Part shown: positions 10,902-22,884 of the stretch, one piece after another
How the letters are laid out: every line of letters begins with the position of its first letter
Position numbering within the stretch: the first letter of the stretch is position 1
Source of the DNA: Octopus bimaculoides
Taxonomy: Eukaryota
Length of the DNA stretch: 47,723 nt
Direction: 5' to 3'
NCBI RefSeq assembly: GCF_001194135.2
Contig: NC_068988.1
Span: forward strand, 55,510,956 to 55,558,678
The notes under the pieces: generated by a model
The model's input: only the letters and a program-made list of their open reading frames with translations
What the model was told of the DNA's origin: nothing
Database searches by the model: none
Made by a program: the position numbers and the translations under genes

Positions 10902-11710
10902 ATGAGATATTTAAATCTAACACAGCATCAGATCATTATTGAGAATAGATTTAAATAAATATCCCATTTTTAAGCTTGTCCTTGTTGCTGCAGAGACAAC
11001 CTTCTGAATAAAGGTATTTATAATTAGTTCAATAGCATTGCAAGACGATAGAGGTTTCAACCTCCACTTATTAAAGTTTATTTTTTGAAACCATTGTTAA
11101 AAAAAAAAAAAAAAAAAAATTTAAATGAAAAATCTTACACTCTGGTTGACTTGAATTCACTACCAGATTATGCAGGATGTCCTATCACTGCTTATTTATC
11201 TGTCTTTACTTACATTGGGTGTCCTGTTAATTTCTGTGGAAAATAAGATAACTAAATCTACCACAGCATTAAATCAATAATAAAAATAGATTTAAATATC
11301 TCATTTTTAAGTTGTTTCTCAGGTGTTGGTTTGATGGCCTAATAGGTAAAGGTGTTAGTAATTTAACTAATAACCTTGTATGAAAGTAGAGGTTTCAATC
11401 TCTATCTAGAAAAATATTCTTTAATATTTTTGTATAAACGAAAAAAAATAAAAAGACTCTTACCTTCATCCCTCACCCTGACCAAGTTTGAACCCCAGAC
11501 AAGACAGTTCAGAATGTCCCACTGACCCAGTTCATCTACACTCACCAGTCCACCACGTCTACCCATGAATTGCTGTCAAAGATGAGATACTTAAATCTAT
11601 AATTGTGCCCAATCAATAATAAAAATAGATTTAAATCTCTCATTTCTGTGGCTTTGTGGACATTGGTAAAGTATAACTTAGTGTTTGGTATAGAGGTTTC
11701 AATCCCTTTT
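10902..11710. repeat. Three diverged ~340-bp tandem units, each with an 18-bp inverted repeat and a tRNA-like A/B box block
   Basis: Hairpin starts at 10902, 11243 and 11582; tagaggtttcaa recurs at 11049, 11387 and 11691. Confidence 0.7.
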
Positions 11711-13234
11711 TTGAAGTTATAAAGTGTTATGTAATTTTATCTTTATTTGTCATTATACTGGGGCACCATGAATTTTTGTTGAATGAATTGACCCCTGCAC
11801 TTCTTTAATCTTGGTTCTTATTTNNNNNNNNNNNNNNNNNNNNNNNNNNNNNNNNNNNNNNNNNNNNNNNNNNNNNNNNNNNNNNNNNNNNNNNNNNNNN
11901 NNNNNNNNNNNNNNNNNNNNNNNNNNNNNNNNNNNNNNNNNNNNNNNNNNNNNNNNNNNNNNNNNNNNNNNNNNNNNNNNNNNNNNNNNNNNNNNNNNNN
12001 NNNNNNNNNNNNNNNNNNNNNNNNNNNNNNNNNNNNNNNNNNNNNNNNNNNNNNNNNNNNNNNNNNNNNNNNNNNNNNNNNNNNNNNNNNNNNNNNNNNN
12101 NNNNNNNNNNNNNNNNNNNNNNNNNNNNNNNNNNNNNNNNNNNNNNNNNNNNNNNNNNNNNNNNNNNNNNNNNNNNNNNNNNNNNNNNNNNNNNNNNNNN
12201 NNNNNNNNNNNNNNNNNNNNNNNNNNNNNNNNNNNNNNNNNNNNNNNNNNTCTTCACTTTAAAAAAAAGTCTTCTTGCACAGGTACTGCACGATAACAAC
12301 ATGTTAAGCTTCGTGCAATGGCCATACTCGATAACGAGGGGGCAGTCATCATCATATCTATATATATCAATAATAATAAGGATTATTATGAAGAAGCATA
12401 GCATTACTTTTAATATATATATATATATTTTATCATTATTAATAAATCAGGGCAGCAAAAATTTTTTTAGAAATTTTATTTACCACCAGTGGTCTAGCGA
12501 GAATAAAAATTAGTCAATAGACCATATATTATTCATTATAGGCATCTCCGTATTTTAAATAAATTATATATATATATATACATAAACATGCACATACATT
12601 TCAAAAGTAAATAGACACCATCATTTTCTGAAAGATTTATTTCTGAAAACAAAAATAACATCACTTGATGCATTTAACTCCTTAATCTTGTAATTTAGTA
12701 GACGTGGCAGGTGAAGTTTTTTATGATTTATTCCATTTGGGCATCATAATAAAGAATTGTGTCAGCACAGATAAAATAGCATTGCGACGGCTGTCTACTT
12801 TTCAGATGTCTGTAAACGATACATTTATATAAACAGTGTGTTAAATGTCTCATAGGAAATGTCTTCAATGATACGTGTCCTGAAGGTTGTACGTTGCTCA
12901 CTTCTGTTCTATGATATTTACTTAGATGTATAAATTTTGAAGGTAGTATTGACAAATGAGTGAAAACAGTATTGACAATTGAGTGACTGTGTATCAGATA
13001 ACCAGTCAATAAACTGTCAGTTTCAGCTGTGTTAGTGACACTCTATACATGGCCAACCTATTGAACTTTTAAATGGCCCATTTCATCTGGCAGGAAATAA
13101 GTATCACAACTTAAATTTGTTACTTCTAAACAACAGAAAGAGCTGCGGCATCGTAAAATTATCATGTGGTCAACTGTTCACTTATAGCACCATGTTCAAT
13201 TTTGTCTTGTGGGAAATATTCTTTAATTTTTTTT

Positions 13235-14360
13235 TTTTGTTTCGATCATTTGACTGCAGTCATGCTGGAGCACCATCTTGAGGGATTTTAGTCAAACAAA
13301 TCGACACCAGGATTTAGTTTTTAAGCCTAGTATTCCTTCTATTGGTTTTTTTTTTTGCCAAACTGCTAAGTTACAGGGATGTAAATACACCAATACTGGT
13401 TGTCATGCGGTAAGGAGGGGACAGACACAAACACGATGAGCTTCTTTCAGTTTCTGTCTACCAAATCCCGAAGCTACAGTAGAAGACACTTGCCCAAGGT
13501 GCCACATAGTGGGACTGAACCTGGAACCATGTGGTTGGGATGCAAGCTTTGTACCACACAGCCATGCCTGTGCTTATGAAAAGAGATTAATATCACTAAA
13601 CTAAGGTTAACCTTAATACTTTCAAACGACCTGTGGAGATTTATATTTAGCAACATATTTTTTATAGGAAGAAGAGAAAGAAAAAAGATTAAATGTATAA
13701 AAGATCAAATTATTGTGGAAACCCCCCCCCACTCCAGATTTGCCTCATCAAAGAAATGAAGAAAAACGAAAAAAGTAGGGAGGAATTAAGCAGCAGAAGA
13801 TGGGAGAAGGGAGAGAGTAACAAGTTGTGCATCCCAGACCAATTGGTAGCCACACATCACAGATGTGATTGTAAAGATGTTGCCATGGAGAATGGCCAGC
13901 AACACTCACTACATCAGTTACCACACCTTGTGGAGCTTAATTCTCAGACAAGCCACAGTGCTAAGGTAAATTGATCTGCTGAAATCTCATCCAAGTGTAC
14001 TCTTAATTGTTTCAGTCTTTTGACTGTGGCCATGCTGGAGCACTGCCTTTAGTCGAGCAAATCGACCCCAAGACTTATTCTTTGGAAGCCTAGTACTTAT
14101 TCTATTGGTCTCTTTTGCCGAACCAGTAAGTTACGGGGACATAAACACACCAGCATCGGTTGTCAAGCGATGTTGGGGGGACAAACACATATATATACAT
14201 ATATACGACGGGCTTCTTTCAGTTTCCATCTACCAAATCCACTCACAAGGCTTTGGTCGGCCCGAGGCTATAGTAGAAGACACTTGCCCAAGATGCCACG
14301 CGGTGGGACTGAACCCGGGTCCATGTGGTTGGTAAGCAAACTACTTACCACACAGCCACT
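13235..14360 (-). mobile_element. Two family B SINE copies (13235-13570, 14010-14360)
   Basis: Reverse complements of 15590-15980. Confidence 0.85.
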
Positions 14361-14704
14361 CCTACCCTACTTTCTTAAAAAAAAACAAACAAAAACAAAG
14401 GAACACAGTGGATGATGTAGTTCCAGATATCCACAAAGTTGAGATGGCCAGCTAGCAGAATCATTACCATACTGAACAAAATGCTTAGCAGCATTGAGAC
14501 CAACCTTACATTCTGAATTCAAATTCTGCAGGGTTAGCTTTACCTTTCATTCTTTAGGGATCAATAAAGTAAGTTCCAGTTGAGTTCTGGGGTTGATGTG
14601 ATCAACTTATCCTCATCCCCAAAATTTGAGGCCTTGTGCCTATTGTACAGGGTGTCCACAAAGTCTGGGTACATGGAGTAAATAAAATCATAACATAAAC
14701 AAAT

Positions 14705-15021
14705 ATCATCATCATCATCATCGTCGTTTAACGTCCGCTTTCCATGCTAGCATGAGTTGGACGATTTGACTGAGGACTGGTGGACCAGATGGCTACACCA
14801 GGCTCCAATCTGATTTGGCAGAGTTTCTACAGCTGGATGCCCTTCCTAACGCCAACCACTCAGAGAGTGTAGTGGGTGCTTTTACGTGTCGCCCGAACGA
14901 AGGCCAATCAGGCGGTACTGGCAACGGCCACGCTCAAAATGGTGTATTTTATGTGCCACCCGCACAAGAGCCAGTCCAGGGGCACTGGCAACAATCTCGC
15001 TTGAAAATCCTTACACATGTC
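14705..15021 (-). mobile_element. Family V element with internal minisatellite, inserted in a MITE
   Basis: Near-identical to 18781-19000. Confidence 0.85.
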
Positions 15022-15051
15022 NNNNNNNNNNGAGGCCTTGTGCCTATTGTA

Positions 15052-15171
15052 CAGGGTGTCCACAAAGTCTGGGTACATGGAGTAAATAAAATCATAACAA
15101 ACAAATATAAGAAATAATAATTTCTTAAAGTATGTGTTAATCCCCATGTACCAGACTTTGTGGACACCCTG
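15052..15171. mobile_element. 120-bp Tc1/mariner-type MITE
   Basis: TIRs CAGGGTGTCCACAAAGTCT(G)GGTACATGG with a TA duplication; inserted in a family A SINE tail (cctattgTA...TAgaaaggattatt). Confidence 0.85.
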
Positions 15172-15269
15172 TAGAAAGGATTATTATCTGTAGTTAGTCA
15201 TCATGATCATGACTGCTTGTAGCTTGGGCATGACTTGATAAGCTATCTTTATACTGGTCAGTTTTTCAC

Positions 15270-15535
15270 TTGAATCTGCCATTTATTATGATCAATTCCT
15301 TTTCACTTCGTATTCCATTTTGCAGTATCCTTGAATCCCAGACTAGGTCTTCCATGGTTTCTTTCCCCACACCTCCCACATAGTTGGGAGTAATGGAGTT
15401 GTCTGCTGTTGTCCATCCTGTGGATGTGTCCCAACCAATGTAAATTTCTATCAATGAGGATTTCCAGCATACGAGATAGACCAGCAAGCTGGATGACCTC
15501 TTCATTCCTATCTTGTCAGAGTCAATAAAATTAAG
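15270..15535 (-). mobile_element. Degraded RTE-type LINE C-terminal fragment (paralogue at 24055-24310)
   Basis: Minus-strand IDRNLHWLG and GRPSLGFKDTAK match the RTE xxWxGH...GRPxxRxKD motifs; two homologous copies. Confidence 0.6.
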
Positions 15536-15589
15536 TTTAAAAAAAAGGGGGGGTGGAACCATTAAAACATATTAATAGAACTTTTAGGC

Positions 15590-15980
15590 ATACGAGTGGC
15601 TGTGTGGTAAGTAGCTTGCTTACCAACCACATGGTTCCGGGTTCAGTCCTACTGCGTGGCACATTGGGCAAGTGTCTTCTACTATAGCCTCAGGCCGACC
15701 AAAGCCTTGTGAGTAGATTTGGTAGACGGAAACTGAAAGAAGCCTGTCGTATATATGTGTGTGTGTGTTTGTGTTTGTCTCCCCAACATCGCTTGACAAT
15801 TGATACTGGTGTGTTTATGTCCCCGTAACTTAGCGGTTTGGCAAAAGAGACCGATAGAATAAGTACTAGGCTTACAAAGAATAAGTCCTGGGGTCGATTA
15901 GCTCGACTAAAAAGGTGGTGCTCCAGCATGGCCACAGCCAAATGACTGAAACAAGTAAAAGAGAGTAAAGAGAAAGAGAG
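15590..15980 (+). mobile_element. Family B SINE, near full length
   Basis: tRNA-like head, body and (AAGAG) tail; homologues throughout the window. Confidence 0.88.
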
Positions 15981-16000
15981 TATAAGGACTTTAGAATCAA

Positions 16001-16757
16001 GGCCTACCTCTTCCACAGGTTCCCTCAACTGCTAGGGTGTGGCACTTTTTCACATCCATCGGAGCATACTAGCTTCATTCCTTGTGAGCCTACGCATGTC
16101 CTCAGCAGTCACGGCCCATGTTTCACTGCCATGAAGCATGGCTGTTCATACACATGCGTCATACAGTTTGCCTTTTACTCTGAGTGAGAGGCCCTTTGTC
16201 ACCAGCAGAGGTAAGGGCTCTCTGAACTTTGCCCAAGCTATTCTTATTCTAGCAGCTACACTTTCAGCACACCCTCCTCCACTACTAACTTGGTCACCTA
16301 AATAGCGGAAGCTATCAATTAAGTCTAGTTTTTCTCCCTGGAATGTGGGCAAAGTTGTTTTTTGTACATTTTCAGTGTTTATTGCTCCTGAACATCTGCT
16401 ACATACAAAAAGTAACTTCCTAGTTAACCTTCCTTTGATATTGCTGCACCTCTTATGTGTCCATAGCTTGCACTGGGTACATCTGATAGAGTTTCTACCT
16501 ACGCCTTTTCTACAGATCGAGCAGAGCCATCTACCTGAAGGGGTTTGTGTTTTGTCTACCTTCCTACTTATTAGGACATTGGTTTTAGCTAGGTTGACTC
16601 TAAAGCCCTTCGATTCTAGTCCTTGCTTCCACACCTGAAACTTCTCCTCTAGTTCTGATAGTGACTCAGCAATTAGTGCAAGGCCATCAGCATAGAGGAG
16701 CCCCCAGGGGTATTTTGTCTTGAATTCCTCTGTTATCGTCTGGAGGACTATGATAAA
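16001..16757 (-). mobile_element. RTE LINE RT/C-terminal fragment
   Basis: [32 protein letters not shown]...SFRYLGDQ...RIRIAWAKF; the YADD motif is mutated to YADG. Confidence 0.9.
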
Positions 16758-16784
16758 TATATATACATAAATATACATATATAG

Positions 16785-16825
<41 letters not shown>

Positions 16826-17992
16826 CACATAAACATATATACATAAATAAATATACATACATATATGTGCCTGTGAAATCCTGTATCCCTGCCGTAGGGC
16901 TTTACTTCCACACATGCCAGCTTAATTTAATTCGTCCTTAGTCAAAAGACACCTGTTGTTATGTCCTGTTATTTGTATTTGTGTAACATTCTCCATTTTT
17001 TCCTGTCCTTGTTTTTGTCACCAGCTCTCATCTATTTCCAAGCAATGTAATATTTTTCCATGGCATGGTTACGCAGAATACTGAAAATTAATGATGCAGC
17101 TTGGAGCTGGAAATACACACAGGCAATACAAAGAATCCACTCACAAGGTTTTGGTTGCTACAGGGCTGTAGAAAACATGCACAAGGTGCCATGCAGTGGA
17201 ACTGAACCTGAAACCATGCAGTTGGGAAGCAAACTTCTTACTCACACACCCTAAGTCATTGTGGAGAATCTTTGGGGGTTTTTTTGAGAGAGAATGTCAT
17301 CATATCATCTTTGCAAAATACAGAATGTAAACTTTCAAATGTATACAGACACACACCCACACACACATATACTGATTTCAAATTTTGGCACAAGGCCAGC
17401 AATTTAGGGGTTGGGGGTAAGTCGATTACATTGACCCCAGCACTGAGATGATACTTATCTTATCAACCCTAGCGCTCAATTGGTACTTATTCTACTGACC
17501 CCGAAAGGACAAAATGCAAAGTTGGCCTTGGTAGAATCTGAACTCAGAACACGAAGACAGATGAAATGCTAAAACTTTTAACTAGCATGCTAATGATTCT
17601 TTTGCCTTCACACACACACACACACACACATTAATGATGGGCTTCCATACAGTTTGTATTAAACTATTACACTCACAACGAATTAGTAAACATTTGGCTG
17701 TCACTGAAGATTCCTGCCCAAGGTGCTGCCCAGTAGGCCCGGACCACAAACCATGTGGTCATGAAGCAAACCTCTTAACTACATAGCCATGCCTGCAGTG
17801 TATTCTTGAACTGGTTTTGAGTGACCATTTTCGGTCAAGCCCAGTTAAGCAGATGGTTTGGCAGAGCTTTGGAATTGAACATGCTGGAATCAAAGGTGCT
17901 GATGGCAGATCCATACTGCACTAATAATAAACAAATTGAAACAATTATAGTCATTGTGTGTGGGTGTGAGGGAGAGAGAGAGAGGAAAACAG

Positions 17993-18147
17993 TCAGTAGA
18001 ATGTGGCAGCATAGCGGACAAGACCACCTCCTCGGATTTCTCTGATTAGACCAACATGCCGTAGCATCACCAGAATGGATCGAGTTGTTGGAGCATTGCG
18101 AAGTTTGCTGTACTCTTTCATGTCATTTTCGACAATGAAGTACACAC
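17993..18147 (-). CDS. SKA1: SKA1, last coding exon
   Basis: ttccacag acceptor. (G)VYFIVENDMKEYSKLRNAPTTRSILVMLRHVGLIREIRGGGLVRYAATFY* matches the SKA1 C-terminal YFIVExD...LRH...E(I/V)RGGGL.RY signature. Confidence 0.93.
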
Positions 18148-18780
18148 CTGTGGAAAGAAAAAGAGAAAAAAAATGAAACTTTCAACAACCCAGGACTATA
18201 CAACTTCATGCAGGAATCACGTTTCACTACATACATCATACATTCCTACACATACACTAAGGAGATATACTACATAGATACAAGCACATCAGATATACAC
18301 CTCTCTCTCACACACACACACACCAGTACACACGAACCACAGATTGAACCAATGAGGGAGACACAATACTATGTGGTCACTTGATCAGTTAGAAAAACCA
18401 GCTAAGTCTCTTCATCAAAAGAGAGGCATACATTGGATAATGTAGACCTAGTTAAGCAAAGGAGACACTATATTCATGACTAATGCTTTTGATTACAGAG
18501 CTGGTCAGTAAGGGCTAACCTGGAACTAAACAACACCAACAACAAGCCATACACATATCATTAATGTCCACCTTTCCTTGTTTGCATAGCTAAGATGGAA
18601 TTTGTTGAGGCAGATTTTCTATGGTTGGATGCTCTTCCAGTCACCAACCCTCACCTGTTGACATTGTTAACAAACACATAGCATCAAGATAAAGGTACAC
18701 AGAAACATGCATGAAGGGCTTCTTTTAGTTTCCGTCTACTAAACCCGCTTCCAAGGCTTTGGTTGGCCTGGGGACAAGTA

Positions 18781-19677
18781 TCATCATCATCTTCGTTTAA
18801 CGTCCGCTTTTCATGCTAGCATGGGTTGGACGATTTGACTGATTACTGGTGAAACCAGATGGCTACACCAGGCTCCAATCTGATTTGGCAGAGTTTCTAC
18901 AGCTGGATGCCCTTCCTAACGCCAACCACTCAGAGAGTGTAGTGGGTGCTTTTACGTGCCACCCGCACAAAAGCCAGTCCAGGGGCACTGGCAACGATCT
19001 CACTCGAAAATCCCACGAAGGCCAGTCAGGCGGCCCTGGCAACGCTCACGCTCAAAATGGTGCATTTCATGTGTCACCCGCACAAGAGCCAGTCCAGGGG
19101 CACTGGCAACGATCTCGATCGAAAATCCCACAAATGCCAGCCAGACGGCACTGGCAATGGTCACGCCCAAAATGGTGCATTTCATGTGTCGCCTGCACAT
19201 GAGCCAGTCTAGGGGCACTGGCAATGATCTCGCTCGAAAAATTTCATGTGTCACCCGCACATGAGCCAGTCCGANNNNNNNNNNNNNNNNNNNNNNNNNN
19301 NNNNNNNNNNNNNNNNNNNNNNNNNNNNNNNNNNNNNNNNNNNNNNNNNNNNNNNNNNNNNNNNNNNNNNNNNNNNNNNNNNNNNNNNNNNNNNNNNNNG
19401 AAAAATTTCATGTGTCACCCGCACATGAGCCAGTCCAGGGGCACTGGCAACGGTCTCGCTCGAAAAATTTCATGTGTCACCCGCACAAGAGCCAGTCCAG
19501 GGGCACTGGCAACGATCTCGATCGAAAATCCCACAAATGCCAGCCAGACGGCACTGGCAATGGTCACGCCCAAAATGGTGCATTTCATGTGTCGCCTGCA
19601 CATGAGCCAGTCCAGGGGCACTGGCAATGATCTCGCTCGAAAAATTTCATGTGTCACCCGCACATGAGCCAGTCCGA
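18781..19677 (-). repeat. Family V element with an expanded ~55-63-bp minisatellite array (gap 19275-19399)
   Basis: Repeated catgtgtcacccgcac(a/at)gagccagtccaggggcactggcaacgatctcg units and a variant unit. Confidence 0.9.
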
Positions 19678-20038
19678 TGATAGAAGAAATTTAGCTATGG
19701 TGCCATGCAGCAGGATTGAACTCATGATGACATGATTGGGAAGCAAGCTTCTTAACCATACACCCACAACATATTGTCAGGAGTGTATGATGAAGAGAGA
19801 GAGAGAGAGAGAGAGAGAGAAGTGGGGGAAGAACAATGAAAAATAGACGGGTAAAAAGATGGAGGAAAACCAGAAAAATGAATGTAAAATTACAAAGAAT
19901 TCAAGAAAAATGTATGAAAAAAACAAAGAAAAACAAAAACAGAAACAATGAAAGAAGAAAATAATGGTGAGAAAGGAGGAATCATTCATACACACAAAAG
20001 GCGCATGAATGCATAAAGAGAGAAATTAAGTGTCTAAC

Positions 20039-20376
20039 CTTCAGTATCAGCAGTCTCTTGAGCTTTATACATTTCATATATATGCTTCTTCTTCTCTGGA
20101 ACAGCTTTCCTCTTGAGAGACATTATGCTGTACTTAGCTTCAAAGCATTTGGTCAGTTCCTCAATGACATTGTTAACCAGCTTGTATGTAATTCGGCCCT
20201 TCATATATTTTGGAATGGAATCAAACTGTGGCACAGTGAGGAACTCAATATATTTTACTTCCTTCTCCAACAGGTTCTTGTTTTCTGTGATTTTTTGAGG
20301 AACTTCTGCTGGAGACAGGTTTACCTTCTTTTTTGTGTTCTCCTTTAAGTTACAGGCAGAATTCGTTTCGGAAACA
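20039..20376 (-). CDS. SKA1: SKA1 coding exon 3
   Basis: ttgccag acceptor and gttaga donor; phases 2/1 fit the neighbouring exons. IEFLTVPQFDSIPKYMKGRITY...KY...ETADTE is the microtubule-binding domain. Confidence 0.93.
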
Positions 20377-20424
20377 CTGGCAATAAATAAATAATAAATA
20401 ATGATAATAATAATAATAATAATT

Positions 20425-20897
20425 ATAATCCTTTCTACTACAGGCACAAGGCCTGAAATTTGGTGGGGGAGGGGACTAGTCGATTACATCGACCCCAGTG
20501 TTTCACTGGTACTTAATTTATCGAACTTGAAAGGATGAAAGGCAAGGTTGACCTCAATGGAATTTGAACTCAGAATGCAGTGACAGGCGATATACCACTA
20601 AGCATTTCGTCAGGCATGCTAACAATTCTGGCAGTTTGCCACCTTATATGATGATAACAATAAAAATAATAATAATGATGATAATAATAATAATAATCTT
20701 TTCTATTATAGGCACAAGACCTGAAATTTGGGGGAGGAGGATAGTCGATTACATCAACCCCAGTACTCAACTGGTACTTGATTTATCAACCCCAAAAGGA
20801 TGAGAGGCAAAGTTGACCTCACAACATAGCAACGGGTGAAATACCACTAAGCATTTCATCCAACATGCTAAGAATTCTGTCAGCTCACCACCTTACA
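20425..20897 (-). mobile_element. Two family A SINE copies
   Basis: Reverse complements of the 5579-7150 units. Confidence 0.88.
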
Positions 20898-20999
20898 TAA
20901 TAATAATGATAATAAAATCTTGTTGACTAATCATGTCTGCTTATAGATATGTCAATCCAAGCAGATTGCAACACTTTTGTAAAAACATTTGAAAAATTA

Positions 21000-21330
21000 A
21001 GTAAACATAAGGACTTTAGAATCAAGGTCTTTGTAACGTGACATATAAGAACAACAACAACTGAATCGGTAATCATCAGAGTATTGCAGACAATACTGAA
21101 TGGCTATCTAAAACAATATGGCCAAGTATTAAGAAATGCAAATGTATCAGAACTACAAAATAATTGCTCTCATGGTATTGTTGACACCTTCAGAAAAACT
21201 GTCAAAACTGAAAAATTACAGAAACAGAATCTTAGTCATCAGACTGTAGCCTCTTTCACATACAAGTTGGACGTTTACTTGCTGTTACTTGAGCTCTGAG
21301 TGAAACCTAGAACAGCTCATATAAAACAAA
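21000..21330 (+). mobile_element. Highly degraded 3' end of an RLE-type LINE
   Basis: Translates HKDFRIKV..W...SVIIRVL...YL...ELQN...G...FRK, echoing KYxDLxxE..W..PVIIGALG...LQK. Confidence 0.4.
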
Positions 21331-21454
21331 TTAATATAAATGATAGACAGACAGACAAAGACAGTGTTTTGGAACTTAGAACTAAGAAGTTACTCACAAT
21401 ATGCTTTACTCTAAAAGCAATATTGACAAACTCTATCTATCAAGAAAGGAAGGC

Positions 21455-21690
21455 GGCTAGCTGGTAGAAACGTTAGCACGCCGGGCGAAATGCTTAGCGG
21501 TATTTCGTCTGCCGCTACGTTCTGAGTTTGAATTCCGCAGAGGTCGACTTTGCCTTTCATCCTTTCGGGGTTGATAAATTAAGTACCAGTTACGCACTGG
21601 AGTCGATATAATCAATTTAATCCGTTTGTCTGTCCTTGTTTGTCCCCTCAATGTTTAGCCCCCTTGCGGGCAGTAAAGAAATAAGAAAGG
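21455..21690 (+). mobile_element. Family A SINE, long-tail subfamily
   Basis: A/B boxes and core present; tail gtttgtcccct..gtttagcccc..taaagaaataaga shared with 33132-33579. Confidence 0.88.
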
Positions 21691-22324
21691 AAGGAAAGAG
21701 GTAGGGGATTGCTAAATGCAGAAGCCACTGCAAGTATTGTGGTGTTGGGTTTGAAAAACTATGTTGTATGTAGTGAAGAAAGAATACTATCAGCAGCTAG
21801 AAATGTCCAAAATATTACTGAAACGGTAGGGGAAAGTAGCTGGAAGAGGAAGAAACTACATGGCCAGTTCATCTAACAAACTGAGGATATTGGAAGTGAA
21901 AATGCTGCTTGTGGCTGACAGACAGAAACCCGAAATGAAAAACTGTGATGCTAATCATAATCACTTAGGAAACAAGAGCAAATTTGATAAAGGCAAAGAT
22001 TGATAAAACTCAGTGAGGCAGCAAATACAGAATCTTTGGGAAAAGAAATGAAATTATTAATCATCTCAAGTGGACATAAAACAAGTAGAATATTTTGGCC
22101 AGATATGGCTGGTTTAAATGCTAAAGGGTTAATGTACACAACAATATGCACACATTGTGTGTGTGTGTGTGTGCATATGCATACAAACACATACACACGC
22201 ATAGTTAGCTTTCAAAAAAATAAGTATCAAGACTACAGCTGGTGTACTTATCACAACATTCAAAACAAAGAAAAAAAAAAAAAAAATGAACACTTAAATT
22301 ATTGAAAAATATTCATGTGCTAAC

Positions 22325-22440
22325 CTGGCAGAATCAAGAGTGATTTTAATTGTGGCTTTATTATTGTTAAAGTGTTCTGGTAAGTTCTCCTTCATATGCA
22401 TGGCAATTTCAATTGTTTCTTTCAAATTCTCCTTTAAAAC
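22325..22440 (-). CDS. SKA1: SKA1 coding exon 2
   Basis: cattgcag acceptor and gttagc donor; 116 nt, phase 0/2. VLKENLKETIEIAMHMKENLPEHF fits the HLxENxPxH motif ending the SKA1 coiled coil. Confidence 0.88.
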
Positions 22441-22884
22441 CTGCAATGTGTAGTTAACAAATGAAAAATATATTGGATGAAATAACTGAGTAGAAATATA
22501 GCAAACTCCTCACAATTATTCCAGTATTTTATATATATTTATACACTCACACATATATTATATATGAAGGCTGTCTACTCATTAGCTGAGCATGACCATC
22601 CTGGAGAGGTAGTGTCAGCAATGCCTGTGCAAGGGTCTTAAGTTAAGTGCACCTTGCACAACACCACAGTGGCTTTCACTAGCAATATCAAGGGACAAGC
22701 AAAGTGCAAACTATCCAGCTCAATAGAGTAGCAGGGTTTTAGATACAAGTTAGCTTTCTCCTAGAGGGATGCCTTGACAAAGACCAGTAGTCCTTCATTC
22801 CCAGTGGGTTTACTGTGCTCTCAGATACCAACCCAAATATTACTATGTCCTGGTACACACTAGCTTGGAATTCATATATTATAT

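Noticed and set aside
12250-13200. Cys-containing short ORFs and unique-looking sequence
   Set aside because: No recognisable motif or consistent splice signals.
18849-19667. Several overlapping 70-150-aa ORFs
   Set aside because: Products of the GC-rich minisatellite and N gap.
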